Below, one piece after another: positions 31,950 through 42,688 of a stretch of DNA of 64,000 nucleotides. Source of the DNA: Candidatus Bathyarchaeota archaeon (GTDB lineage: Archaea > Thermoproteota > Bathyarchaeia > 40CM-2-53-6); the NCBI GenBank assembly GCA_963780265.1, contig CAWABQ010000033.1:3701-67700 (forward strand), written 5' to 3'. The translations under genes were made by a program, and so were the position numbers. The number at the start of each line of letters is the position of its first letter. Position 1 is the first letter of the stretch. Under the pieces are notes generated by a model that saw only the letters and a program-made list of their open reading frames with translations, did not search any database and was not told where the DNA came from.

Positions 31950-32702
31950 TTGTTAACCGGCCTGAAGGCGATTATGGAGCACGACTTTCGAACATTCTTC
32001 AAATACAGGTTTTTCATGGCTGGGCTCATCAGTATGAACCTTGCAGATTTGCTCATCATGGCGGTTGTCTATACGAAGATGGTTTCCTTCAATTACTTCA
32101 AGTTCGTAGCGCCAGGAATCGTTGCCGTGGGCCTCTTTGCAGCCGCGTTTGTGATCGGTAGGGAGGTGAACATGGAGACTAGAAGAGGATACAACCAGTA
32201 CCTTCTCAGCCTGCCGATCAGGCGGTTCGAACTCATTGTCGGGCGCATGATAGCCGGAGGCGCCAGGGGCCTGATCTACGCAATCCCGTTGCTTGTGTTG
32301 GCGATGTTGATTCTGAAGTTTCCATCAGTCACGCAACTAGGGCTGATCATATTTGCAATGTTCCTACTCGGCATGGGAATTTCAGGCCTCGCTATCAGCT
32401 TGGCGGTCATGTTGAGAAGTTTCGAACGATTCACGACGGCTCGAAGCCTGATCTACTTGCTGCTGATTTTCTGCAGCACAGTCTTCTACCCGTTAGCGGT
32501 TCTCCAGCAACTTTTCAAGGGTGTCTTAGTCGTCTTTGCGGAAGCTAACCCGCTCAGCACGGTCTCCGACATCCTAAGAGGGTACTTGATGGGAACGCCG
32601 CCTGTAACTTTCTTCAGTTGGACTGAACTCTTAGTGTTCTCAGCGGTCTTCATCCTAGCCGGAGCGGGACTATATTCTATAGCCATCGAACGCTCTGTCT
32701 AA
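31950..32702 (+). CDS. ABC-2 permease
   Basis: 6 TM; LLSLPIRR, STVFYP, ANPLS. Confidence 0.9.
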   Translation: MLTGLKAIMEHDFRTFFKYRFFMAGLISMNLADLLIMAVVYTKMVSFNYFKFVAPGIVAVGLFAAAFVIGREVNMETRRGYNQYLLSLPIRRFELIVGRMIAGGARGLIYAIPLLVLAMLILKFPSVTQLGLIIFAMFLLGMGISGLAISLAVMLRSFERFTTARSLIYLLLIFCSTVFYPLAVLQQLFKGVLVVFAEANPLSTVSDILRGYLMGTPPVTFFSWTELLVFSAVFILAGAGLYSIAIERSV

Positions 32703-33488
32703 GCCGCCCATCATGAAGCAAGAAACTTGAACTGCGTAGTACAAGTTCCTCATGCGCATCATGAAGCTGAATTTGGTTATTCCTTTGCGGCACCGAAATC
32801 CTACTGGAATTTCGCGCACCCGCAGGCCTTCTTTGAAGAGTGTGACAAAGAGTTCCAGTTCAATCTCGAACCCCGTTGAGCGAATAAGGGGGTAAATTCG
32901 CTGAACCGCGTTCTTCGTGAATACCCAGTACCCGGTTTGGACATCGGTAAACAGGCGCCGAAACTTGGCGCCGAGTAAGAAAGATACTGTGACGTTCGAA
33001 GCTAGGCTTATGAGACCCATTGCATGAGCTTCTCTCGGACCTCGGCTTCTTGAACCTAGAACCACGTCAGCCTCACCACTCTCCACAACTGTAATCATCT
33101 TTGGTAGCCACGAGGGGTCGTTCGTTCCATCACCGTCTGTGATGCAGAGTATGTCAGCCTCTTCTTGGAGGAAGTCTCTCATAGCCGTACGGATGCCGCA
33201 CCCTTTGCCTTTTCCGAAATCTTGCACAACAACTTGGACACCAGCTTTTTCTGCAATTTCTCTCGTCCGGTCTGTGCTCTTACCATCAACCACCATTATT
33301 TTGTTGAATCCTGAAGCGCGTGCTTCGGCAAGCAATCCTTCGATGGCGTCCTCCTCATTTAGGGTTGGAATCACGAGCAGGGTTTTGGTGAGGAAGTGTG
33401 GTTTATCTTTTTGAGTTATGGAATGTGGAATTGCTTCAGTTGGGTTCCCAGTCATGCGTGCCACAAACATTCTCATTCTGGTTTGCAT
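32670..33488 (-). CDS. GT2 glycosyltransferase (polyprenol-phosphate hexose synthase-like); true start about 33390
   Basis: IPTLNEE, VDGKSTDRT, GKGCG, DGDGT, DVVLGSR, TDVQTG, GFEIE. Confidence 0.88.
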   Translation of the reverse strand: MQTRMRMFVARMTGNPTEAIPHSITQKDKPHFLTKTLLVIPTLNEEDAIEGLLAEARASGFNKIMVVDGKSTDRTREIAEKAGVQVVVQDFGKGKGCGIRTAMRDFLQEEADILCITDGDGTNDPSWLPKMITVVESGEADVVLGSRSRGPREAHAMGLISLASNVTVSFLLGAKFRRLFTDVQTGYWVFTKNAVQRIYPLIRSTGFEIELELFVTLFKEGLRVREIPVGFRCRKGITKFSFMMRMRNLYYAVQVSCFMMGGLDRAFDGYRI

Positions 33489-34093
33489 TCTGGTAACTCT
33501 TTACTCTTGGACGTTGGATCCCGCAGAGTGTAGATCGTTACCTTGCTTTCAGTCTTACGAATCTGCAAGGGGGAAGAGTCTGGACGCTTGTTACCGCAAT
33601 CTTCGTCCACGCCAGTCTACTTCACTTGCTGGGCAACATGGTTTTCCTTTACGTTTTCGGAAATACCTTGGAAAGTGTTCCGAATTCCAGCCGAAATATG
33701 CTTGCTGCTTTCTTCCTAGGCGGTATTCTTAGTTTTCCGTTGAGCTTGCCTTTCTTTCCACCTGGTTCAACTTTCGTGGGCGCTTCTGCTGCAATCTTCA
33801 CGCTGACGGCTGTGGTGATGTTAATGAAGCCTTTGAGGTGGTCGTGGCTCTTGCTGATGCCTGTAGGGTTGGTTGCCATGCTATACTTCCTATACAACGG
33901 ATTGGCGGTTTACTACCAGCAGCAAAGTGATGTTGCCTACGTCTCTCACGTCATAGGGTTCTCGCTCGGGGTTCCCCTTGGTATAGCCTGGAGCACCCAG
34001 TGGAAGAGAAACTTGCTGATCTCGATTGGGCTGCTCATGGTATACTTTGTCTTACTTTACTTCGTTACGCAGTACATTCTTCCGTCGCTTTAG
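33453..34093 (+). CDS. Rhomboid intramembrane serine protease (frameshifted N-terminus)
   Basis: HLLGNMVFLYVFG, GASAAI, VAYVSHVIG. Confidence 0.85.
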
Positions 34094-34127
34094 GAATCTA
34101 AAGCCCGAACGCTCGGAGCGTTCTGTC

Positions 34128-34999
34128 TCATACGGACTTCAGGTATCCCTTCGACACAAGCCATTCTTCCACTGCTATTGAGACTAGCTCTTCTTCCGAG
34201 ATATCGCGTTCTTCCGCAGGCTTGGTTAAAGCGCGCCCCATTCTAGGGGCAAAATAGACTTTGATCGAGACACCAGTTTGTTTGCGAGGGCTTCTTCTTT
34301 GATTGTTTCAACGGTTTTCTCGGGGAACATCTTGAAACGGTCCACAACCTTTCGTGCATCCTCTTCCCGGAGCGGGGCAATCGCCCTCATAATCTCTGGG
34401 ACTTTGCGGTCAAATTCGCGGCTCGAAAGTTTTCTTACCTCAGCGGTTTTCAACGCACGAGCGACTAGTTCAGTGTGCTTGAGTGGGATCGCTTCGGCGC
34501 GTTTTCTCTGTTCGTCTGAGGGAGCTCTGGTGGCATGGATGTTCATCCCTTTCTCCCTAAGTTTGAAAGTGAGTTCATATGCGTCGAGGAGTTCGCGAAT
34601 GGAACTCTCAGACCTGCCGAGGACCTTCGCGACAGCCTTCGCGTTGGCAAAATGCTTTGGGTCAAGTTTCATAAGCTTGAGAATGCCTTCGGCTTCTTCC
34701 TCAAGCTCAAGGTCATTTCTTTGAATGTTCTCAACGAGTGAGAGCGAGAGCGCCTCGGTGTCGCTCATCGGTCTTATGATGACGGGAACTGTCTTCAGCC
34801 CAAGAGCTTTCGCTGCCTCGTACCTTCTCAATCCGACGACTATTTCGAACCTGTTCTTGAGCGGCCTCACCAAAAGTGGTTCTAGGATTCCTTTCTCTTG
34901 GATGGAAAGTTTCAGTTCGGTTATGTCTCCAACCGATTTCCGAACGTTCGATTCACCCACGAATAGTTTTACGGTTTCTAGGTCTGCCATGGACGCCAT
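34128..34999 (-). CDS. ParB/Srx N-terminal domain protein with HTH and probable C-terminal RHH (frameshift near 34275)
   Basis: SIQEKGILEPLLVRP, IVVGLRRYEA, LVENIQRNDL; shifted tail VSIKVYFAPRMGRALTKPAEERDISEEELVSIAVEEWL ending at 34128. Confidence 0.85.
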
Positions 35000-35084
35000 T
35001 AGGAGTACCCTACCCTGATTCAGGTTGCAGTATACAATCTTAAATTGTTCTGTTCAGAGAATTCGAGTGCAGGGTTAGGGCCCA

Positions 35085-35300
35085 ATGGACCTGCGCCGGA
35101 AGATAGATGGGGTCGATGTTATCGCTAGTGACAACGAGATTTGGTTTGTTCAGGACGAACGGATTTGTTGGACCACTAAAGAAGAGCTTTGGGCAGGCTC
35201 GCTACGACTAGGCCAGGTCCTACGAGATCGGGGCTACAGAATTCAGATTCAAAGGTTTCCGAAGAAACTTCGCGAACTCATCCTGACCTTGTCAAAATGA
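35085..35300 (+). CDS. Hypothetical protein
   Basis: 71-aa ORF with ATG start filling the gap between genes. Confidence 0.5.
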   Translation: MDLRRKIDGVDVIASDNEIWFVQDERICWTTKEELWAGSLRLGQVLRDRGYRIQIQRFPKKLRELILTLSK

Positions 35301-35376
35301 GCTAGGCCAAGAAGACTAAAAGAAAAAAGATTGAAGGGATTTTTCCGTAGCGGTTTGCTGCAGATTCGATTTAGTA

Positions 35377-35916
35377 TCAGTCGCATCCGCGGCCTCTGTC
35401 GCCGTAGCCGCCTCTGCCCCGGTCTCTACCGTACCCGCCGCCACCGCCGCCGCACCCGTAGCCTCCGCCGCCTCCGCCGTAGCGTCTTCCGCCGCCTCCG
35501 AAGGAGCGATAGGGTCTTTCTTCAACGAGCTTGTCGGACAGGTTGTTCTGTGTGTTTACATCGCCGAGGGGAGTTTGTGCAGGTTCTAGGGTACCGTAAC
35601 GTCCAATGTTCAGACGCATCGATCCCTTGAAGGGTCGTACGTACCCGTTCTTGACGTTGAGTGTGTCACCCTCATTGACTTTGTCTATGTTGTCGTCCCA
35701 TAGGGTCATGTAGATTGTACCGCTCTCGTCTCCAACAAGTGCGTCCAACACGCGGTGTGTTGTCCCGTCCTGTCGAGAAACGGTTTCCCGTGCTTCGCCC
35801 TTCTGGACGACCTTGACGGTTGTGTTGACTTGCTTTGAGTAGGCGCCAAGTTCGCTAACTTTTACAGGTGGTGCCGAAACGCCGGCTGCTTGTCCTTCTT
35901 CCTCTGACATTTTCAA
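35377..35916 (-). CDS. ssb: Single-OB-fold ssDNA-binding protein (crenarchaeal SSB type) with Gly/Arg/Tyr tail
   Basis: ALVGDESGTIYMTLWD, GDTLNVKNGYV, RLNIGRYG. Confidence 0.9.
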   Translation of the reverse strand: MKMSEEEGQAAGVSAPPVKVSELGAYSKQVNTTVKVVQKGEARETVSRQDGTTHRVLDALVGDESGTIYMTLWDDNIDKVNEGDTLNVKNGYVRPFKGSMRLNIGRYGTLEPAQTPLGDVNTQNNLSDKLVEERPYRSFGGGGRRYGGGGGGYGCGGGGGGYGRDRGRGGYGDRGRGCD

Positions 35917-36225
35917 CTCTACTTCTGTTCAAACGGTAATGCCTGAACAAGGGCGCGGTAGTCTTAAGCGTTATGATTACGCGTGTTTAGAAACGACTTT
36001 CCAGCTGAGGACGAGGGCGCTCCTGGTAGGAAAATGCCAGCTTCCCCGCACAATCCCCGCCATTATATCGGCGCTCACGCAGTTTGACGAGGACGAGGTA
36101 GAGGCCATCTTGCGTAACCCCAAGTGCAAGAAAGCTGCGAGAAGCCGAGGCTGATGTCGAATCCGGGAGAGAATGTCCTCTAGAGTCTTTTCTTAAAGAT
36201 CTGGGGAACAGATCTTGAGTGGAAC

Positions 36226-37008
36226 CTAAAGGTAGTTGAAGAGGTTGTTGACGTCTTCAATTATCATGTCTGGTTTAATATTGGAACGGTTAATGGTTTC
36301 TTGTGTTTCGACTCCGGTGAGGACTAGGATAGTGTGAACGCCAGCCCTCCTTGCGCCCAGCAAATCGGTCTCCACTTGGTCTCCTACCATAACTGCTTGA
36401 GCAGATTTTTCGTGCGCACTTTGAAGGGCTAGCCTGAACATCCGGGGAGATGGCTTACCAATCATGATCGCCTTCTCACCTGAACCATACTCGAGGGCTT
36501 TGATTATTGGCCCTGCTGAAAGTGCTGGGCCGTGGTCGCTCATGTAGACCGCCCCCCCATAGCTGCCGATTAGTTGCGAGCCTTCCTTCAAGAATCGTAG
36601 AGCGTTGTCTAATTTTTCGTAGGTCAGTTTACGGTCGAACCCGACTACTACAACTTGGGGTTTCCGGCCCGATGGTCTGTGTCCAGCTGCTTCGAGTTCA
36701 CGCCTCAACCCGTCCTCTCCAATTAAGAAGAATGATGCAACTCCAAATTTCTGGCGCAGATAGTTTGCGGTCAGAAAACTCGAGGTTAGGATTTCATCTA
36801 GTGCAAAATTGAACCCAAGCCGCGTGAGGTTTTCGTGGATTTCTTCGCGCGTGTGCGTTGAATCATTTGTCAGAACGAAAGTTTTCTTCCCGAGGGACTT
36901 GATCTTCTTGACAACTTCCCGCCCACCAAGATAATGGGGATTCTCCTTTCCCAGGGAAAGTACGCCGTCAAGATCGAAGAAAAACACTTGAATTTTCTTG
37001 AGGTTCAT
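36226..37008 (-). CDS. HAD-IIA hydrolase (NagD-like)
   Basis: DLDGV, LTNDS, IGKPS, MVGDQVETD, LVLTG. Confidence 0.92.
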   Translation of the reverse strand: MNLKKIQVFFFDLDGVLSLGKENPHYLGGREVVKKIKSLGKKTFVLTNDSTHTREEIHENLTRLGFNFALDEILTSSFLTANYLRQKFGVASFFLIGEDGLRRELEAAGHRPSGRKPQVVVVGFDRKLTYEKLDNALRFLKEGSQLIGSYGGAVYMSDHGPALSAGPIIKALEYGSGEKAIMIGKPSPRMFRLALQSAHEKSAQAVMVGDQVETDLLGARRAGVHTILVLTGVETQETINRSNIKPDMIIEDVNNLFNYL

Positions 37009-37207
37009 TATTTCCCCGCGTGTCTCTTATTAATCCCCGAATGAAGGAGATTGATAGAAGCGTTTCGTGTCCCCATCGCATGGGTTCGAAGAGAATGGGG
37101 GGCTAAAGTTTCAGTAGTTCTCACAATTCCTTATCTCCGTGGCCTAGGGGTTTGCCGATGCTAAATAGGCACCATCTTGTATGAAATGGAAAGCGTCTGC
37201 ATGTTGT

Positions 37208-37242
37208 TTGACATGTAATGCTTACTTAATGATACATGTCAA
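37208..37242. promoter_or_regulatory. Inverted-repeat operator upstream of the surface-protein operon
   Basis: Perfect TTGACATGTA-N15-TACATGTCAA. Confidence 0.6.
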
Positions 37243-37277
37243 TTGTCGCTCAGGATGCAACTACCTAAACCGTATAG

Positions 37278-39894
37278 TTGTTGGTTTCGATGAGAAAGTG
37301 GACGTTCCCAATCGCCGTCCTAATCGTAACGCTTCTAGTCGTGTCTTCATCCGCTATTTCCCCAGCAGGCGCTACTGCAGTTTGGAAAGACATCAACCCT
37401 ACCGCCTACCTTAACCCGCCTGAAAACCCAGACTTAAGCGCAGTAGTTATGTTTCCAGGCTCTCCCCGGGAGGGATGGGCCGTCGGAACCGCCCAACCCC
37501 CCACGAACGCTACAACGAGTTTGCCGGGGATATTCCACTACGATGGAGCGTTTTGGAACCTTGTTCCTGCACCGAGATTCCCTGACTTTCCATCTACCCA
37601 ATGTCTTTACAACTTGAGAGGGCTGAGCTTCGGTCCACCAAACAACCCGATCAGCAAGAACGATGGGTGGGCCGTTGGCGGGGCTGTTAGCTTCCCGATC
37701 ATTGGTGGAATTCCTGCATCAGCAAACCCAAACTGTAACCGTCTTGCAGTAGCAATCCACTGGGATGGCGTGTCATGGAAGCCCCAGATGTCAGGGTTGT
37801 CTGGTGCAGGTAACTTCACCTCGGTCTTCATGGTAAGCTCGACTGATGTCTGGGCGGTGGGGCAAGACCAAGGCGTCTGTCCTGCCTGCAAGGGGACGAT
37901 TTGGCATTGGACGGGGGTCCCGGGCTTAGGGGGAGGTTGGAACCTTGTGGCGACTGTTCCTGACGTGCTCAACTCTGTTTTCATGGTAAGCTCAACTGAA
38001 GGCTGGGCCGTTGGTCGCAACCCGGTGGGCGGGGTGCGGAATATACCACTATTTTGCCGGTGGTTGGACTGCTGTGCCCTCTCCGTTCCCTCCATGCCCC
38101 CCGGGCATATGCGAGTTGGATTCCGTTTTCATGATCAGTGCCACTGAAGGCTGGGCCACGGGTACAAACGGAGTCATACTACATTACAGCCAGGGGATAT
38201 GGTCAGGACCCGTCAGTCCGGGGACAACCGCACAAGAGTTGTTGTCAGTTTTCATGGTTTCATCTGGAGAAGGGTGGGCCGTAGGTGGAGGACCCGTACC
38301 GCAAACGGTTGCGACTATACTTCACTACACAGGCGGGATTTGGTCCGCACTCCCCATCAACATGATACCAATATCCCCAACGGCTGGTTTTGCTCTTGCT
38401 TCCGCATTCTTCACTACGGCTACTGACGGATGGGCCGTCGGCACCTCGGGCGTGATCGTTCACTTCGACGGCAGTATTTGGGGGGCGGTGACAAGCCCAA
38501 CCATAAACAACTTCACCTCAGTCAATTTCGGTCCACCATTAACAGGACCTGTAGATCCGAATGATGGTTGGGCTGTCGGAAATGTTTCTTTAAGGAATGG
38601 CGAGCCGACCATTTTCCATTGGAATGGATTCGTCTGGACTAAGGGAACGGCTATTGGTACGATGAACGATCTGAATTCCGTATTCATGCTCTCAACCGGA
38701 GATGCTTGGACAGTAGGTGGTGGGCGTAACCCAACGGCCTCATGCGCTTCTTCCTATATGCTAAGCATCTGCCCTGTGATATTGCATTTCACAGGCGGAG
38801 CTTGGAATACTGTTACACCACCGCCGGGCGCATATAGACTCAAATCAGTTTTCATGGTGAACCCGAATGAGGGTTGGGCGGTTGGCGAACAAGTGGGTTC
38901 GACGGGCATCATCCTCCATTACACAGTAACTGGGGGAGTTGGGACCTGGGGAATATTTCCTGGACCTGCATGTACTTTCTCTCTCAACTCTGGATGCGGT
39001 CTAAATTCAGTTTTCATGCTTGGACCCTACGAGGGCTGGGCTGTAGGGGATAATTCAACAATTCTCCATTACACAGTAACAGGCGGAGTCGGTACGTGGA
39101 ACATTGTGCCCGTGAGTGGTTCACCAACTTTATCGAGCGACGCGAATCTCACCTCGGTCTTCATGTTGAGCCCAACGAGCGGATGGATTGTGGGAGGTAT
39201 ACAAGCGCAGGGCTCATTCTCTGCCGGCCCAGTCATCCTCTATTGGGATGGGCTGAAATGGTCGCAGGTGGCTGCACCGTCAATTCCCGGTGGAATTTCA
39301 CCAACAGGCCACACAAGCGCCACATTGAAGTCCGTCTTCTGTTCAGGGCCGAACGATTGTTGGGCGGCGGGATTTCCGGGTAAGCTTTTCGCTACACTCT
39401 TTCACTGGGACGGCGTGGCTTGGACCCACGTAGTGACGACGCCTGCATTAATTGGTGAAGTTCCTCCTATACTAACTTCAATCTACTTGACGGGTCCTGA
39501 TCCTGGTTGGATTGTTGGTTCAGATCCTGAATTTCCATCACCTCTCACTCAATCATTTTCCTTCCCGGGAACAATGGTAACAGCTCTCTCAACAATGCTC
39601 AGGGCGTCGCTAACCGTTGTTTCGGCAACGTCAACCAGTACAGTGGTTTCGACGGTGACAACACTAACCACGCTCCTAACGGGCTTAACAACATCGCAAT
39701 TGACAACCGCATTGAGTACGAGCACGACAATTGCGCCGCTTCCTGGTCCAAGCGGGTGGTTGGTTCCAGTAATATTGGCGATTGTTGTAGCGCTCGCTGT
39801 TGGCTTAATAGCTATACTGCTTCTACTAGGCCGCAGAAGACGGCCTTCAGCTAGAAGGCCCGTGGTACTCTATCCCGTACCGAGAAGGCCGTAG
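37278..39894 (+). CDS. Large secreted, membrane-anchored beta-propeller repeat protein (frameshift near 38020)
   Basis: Signal peptide; 14 repeats of SVFMxSxxEGWAVG...ILHYxGxxW; Ser/Thr stalk; C-terminal TM and RRRR. Confidence 0.85.
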
Positions 39895-39896
39895 TA

Positions 39897-40181
39897 ATGC
39901 TTCACGGCAAGTCGAAGAGAATGGCCAGCATCACCGCAACCTTACCTATCCTGATCCTGGACAGCATCGACAAACTTATCGAGGAGGACAAAGTTCCGTC
40001 GCGTTCTTACTTGATACGCAGAAGCAGTTTCAAAATACATCAAAGACATCGAACGGACCTGAAGCTTTCACGCCGCATAACCTTCACTTTGTTTCTTGGA
40101 ATCTCAGTCCGAGATGACTTCATTGACCCTTACGTCCCCTTCAGTTCCGACAAAACCGAAGAACGACTTTGCTTTCCCTAA
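39897..40181 (+). CDS. Small CopG/RHH regulator (C-terminus probably frameshifted)
   Basis: SITATLP..ILDSIDKLIEEDKVPSRSYLIR. Confidence 0.7.
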   Translation: MLHGKSKRMASITATLPILILDSIDKLIEEDKVPSRSYLIRRSSFKIHQRHRTDLKLSRRITFTLFLGISVRDDFIDPYVPFSSDKTEERLCFP

Positions 40182-40238
40182 CCAGCTTGGAAATCGCGGC
40201 CAAAGCTATCTAGCAGATTAGGATTATATCATCGTAGC

Positions 40239-40955
40239 ATGTCTTATTCTTCAGGAGGATCAAACTGGTTTCGAGTCGTGCAGAAGTTGAAAAAGACATT
40301 ATACACTTTATGCGCGTTGATGATCCTAGCATCACTTTGGCCTTCCGCCGCGGCGCAAGTCTTCCCGATTAGTCTGAATTTTGGTACTGCGCTTCCCATG
40401 CCAATTGGTCAGACGGACACTGTGGCAGTAACGGTGAAGAACATAGTGAATAGCACAGTTCAGCTGACCTTTGTGGGGCTTCGATTTGAATGGAGTCAAC
40501 CCAACAATTTCTTCATTGGGGGAAACAGCGAGAAGGGCGCGGTTTTAGCGGCCGGCGAGCAAATCACCTATCCGATAGCTGTTACAGTTCCCGGCAACAT
40601 TACGGCCGGAACACACCGACTGAGCGGTTACGTCACCTACCGTTTGTTCCAAAAGGGAAACTGGACGGGTGTACTCGCCGGTTGGTGGGTGGAAGACCTA
40701 AAATTCGCCTACCCTCAAGCACAGCAAAGTCAAACTGCAACGGACGGTCGATCACCGCAAACATTCACCACCCTCGAAACAGTAGCGGTACTCGCCGCGG
40801 TGGTTGCAATAGGGCTATTCTTGGAACGTGGTCGCATCATCCACTTTGTTGGCAAACACCGAGGAACCAAATCAGGCACAGCGGAGCCTGAGGGCGAGAA
40901 GCCAAAACCAGTAGAACAAAAACCCCCAGACCAGAAGGAAGAGGAAGACCTCTAG
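40239..40955 (+). CDS. Secreted Ig-like protein with C-terminal TM anchor
   Basis: Signal-like segment, beta-rich core (VTVKN, GLRFEW, VTVPGN..AG), TM near C-terminus. Confidence 0.7.
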   Translation: MSYSSGGSNWFRVVQKLKKTLYTLCALMILASLWPSAAAQVFPISLNFGTALPMPIGQTDTVAVTVKNIVNSTVQLTFVGLRFEWSQPNNFFIGGNSEKGAVLAAGEQITYPIAVTVPGNITAGTHRLSGYVTYRLFQKGNWTGVLAGWWVEDLKFAYPQAQQSQTATDGRSPQTFTTLETVAVLAAVVAIGLFLERGRIIHFVGKHRGTKSGTAEPEGEKPKPVEQKPPDQKEEEDL

Positions 40956-40988
40956 TCCCCGCCCGCTGGCCGGAAAGCTTCCCACCCA

Positions 40989-41573
40989 ATGAAAGGAATA
41001 TTGAAATCGGCTAAAGCGCAAAGGAAGATAATTCCGTTCATTATTTTGTTTCTGTTGTCCGTTCTAGCCTTCACCCTGCAACCTGTTGTTGCGCAGACGT
41101 CCTTCGATTTGAATTGGGCATTCGATTACAGCCCACTCATCTCTGGGGCACCCAATTCGCTTCATCTACGCATCCACAACACCGCGCTTGCACCTGTTCG
41201 ACTCTCATCTGTAGGAATTAGGTTCCCATGGATGCAGGCTGATACCTATCTGTCAACAGGAGGCCCCCAAACCGCCGTAAATATTCCTCCCCAACAAGAA
41301 GTTAGGTACACGATCCCCTTCCAGATTCCCGCAGACGTATTGACAGGAAGATACTCAATGAATACGCTTCTCCAATACCAAATATTCCAAACCACACAAT
41401 ATGGCGGGCAAGAAGCAATCGTTTACGCACTTGATGTGGTCGTGTTAGGCCGCTCCAGTTCATTTTCAATGACGTTCGATCCCTATGACGGTCGTTCTTA
41501 CTCCGCCTTAGCGCTCCTTACCCTCATTGGATGGTACTTGCCGAAGAAGTTGCGACCCAAGGCTAAGGGCTGA
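40989..41573 (+). CDS. Secreted Ig-like protein, paralog of the preceding gene
   Basis: LRIHN, VGIRFPW, YTIPFQIP..TGRY resemble motifs in 40239-40955. Confidence 0.7.
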   Translation: MKGILKSAKAQRKIIPFIILFLLSVLAFTLQPVVAQTSFDLNWAFDYSPLISGAPNSLHLRIHNTALAPVRLSSVGIRFPWMQADTYLSTGGPQTAVNIPPQQEVRYTIPFQIPADVLTGRYSMNTLLQYQIFQTTQYGGQEAIVYALDVVVLGRSSSFSMTFDPYDGRSYSALALLTLIGWYLPKKLRPKAKG

Positions 41574-41575
41574 AA

Positions 41576-42688
41576 ATGCGCCTCAAACTAAGAGACTTAC
41601 TTGCCTTATCTACTGTGGCATATCTTCTCAGCGCGTCATCTAAGATACTTTATCCAGGATTCTATACAGACATCACCGCGCTGTACTACAGAGCCGTTCT
41701 CCCGACGAGTAACGGGATCCCCTATCACGCCTACTTTCTTGAGTACCCTGCAATCCCGGCCATCTTGATCTGGGTAAGCGGTCTTGCGCCTAGCTTCTTC
41801 TACTACATGGTGACCATGGCTTTTCTGATGTTCTTCTTCGTGATAGCTGCCGTGTACTTTCTGTATCGAATCTGCACGGAGTTTGGGATGGATCGCGGAA
41901 GGATCATCCCATTCTTCATAATGGCGCCTTCCTTTCTCGTCATGTCATTTTTCAACTGGGACATTATCGCAGTATGCTTCGTAATTGCAGCTATTTACTA
42001 CCTATTCAGAAAGAACTCACGACTTTCGGGGCTCTGCTTAGGTTTGGGTTTTGCGGCTAAGGCCTATCCTCTGCTCCTGCTTCCTCCATTCATGAAAGAG
42101 GTAGGTTCGTGGCGCGATCGTTTCGAAATGCTGCTCTCAACCGTCCTGGGTGCGCTCATTCCCAATTTGCCGTTCATCATCATAGATTTCCAAGCGTGGT
42201 TGAACTCGAATCTGTCGGCCAGACAGGCGGTGTACATAGAAGAAAGCATATGGGTGGTGACACGTTACTACCGGTTAGTAAATCAAGATTGGCTAATAAC
42301 GGCAGTGGCATGGTCACTCATAATTCTCTCAATTTTACACATGACCTTTTCCAACAAACCTCTCGTGCTGAAGGTATGGGTCATTACAGCGGTAACGATT
42401 CTTGTTTATCCTTCCTACCCACCACAGTACAATTTATGGCTGCTCCCCATGTTCGTCCTGAACCCGATCTTTGCCCTCATCCCATTCTTGGCGTTCGATT
42501 TCCTCAACACAAGCATTATTCTTTCCTGGTTCACGGTTGATAATCCATTCCAACCGTGGGGCCCGATCTGGGACATCAGCCTGATAAGAATAGGATTATT
42601 GGCACTGTTGCTAATATGGGCCACTCATACAAGACACGCTAGCCCTCAGCGCCCTGTCATGGACGTTGAAACGGGTGTGAGAGCATGA
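41576..42688 (+). CDS. GT-C glycosyltransferase (GT87/PimE-like)
   Basis: PY...EYP, NWD, GLGFAAKAYP, PQYNLWLLP; multi-TM. Confidence 0.8.
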   Translation: MRLKLRDLLALSTVAYLLSASSKILYPGFYTDITALYYRAVLPTSNGIPYHAYFLEYPAIPAILIWVSGLAPSFFYYMVTMAFLMFFFVIAAVYFLYRICTEFGMDRGRIIPFFIMAPSFLVMSFFNWDIIAVCFVIAAIYYLFRKNSRLSGLCLGLGFAAKAYPLLLLPPFMKEVGSWRDRFEMLLSTVLGALIPNLPFIIIDFQAWLNSNLSARQAVYIEESIWVVTRYYRLVNQDWLITAVAWSLIILSILHMTFSNKPLVLKVWVITAVTILVYPSYPPQYNLWLLPMFVLNPIFALIPFLAFDFLNTSIILSWFTVDNPFQPWGPIWDISLIRIGLLALLLIWATHTRHASPQRPVMDVETGVRA

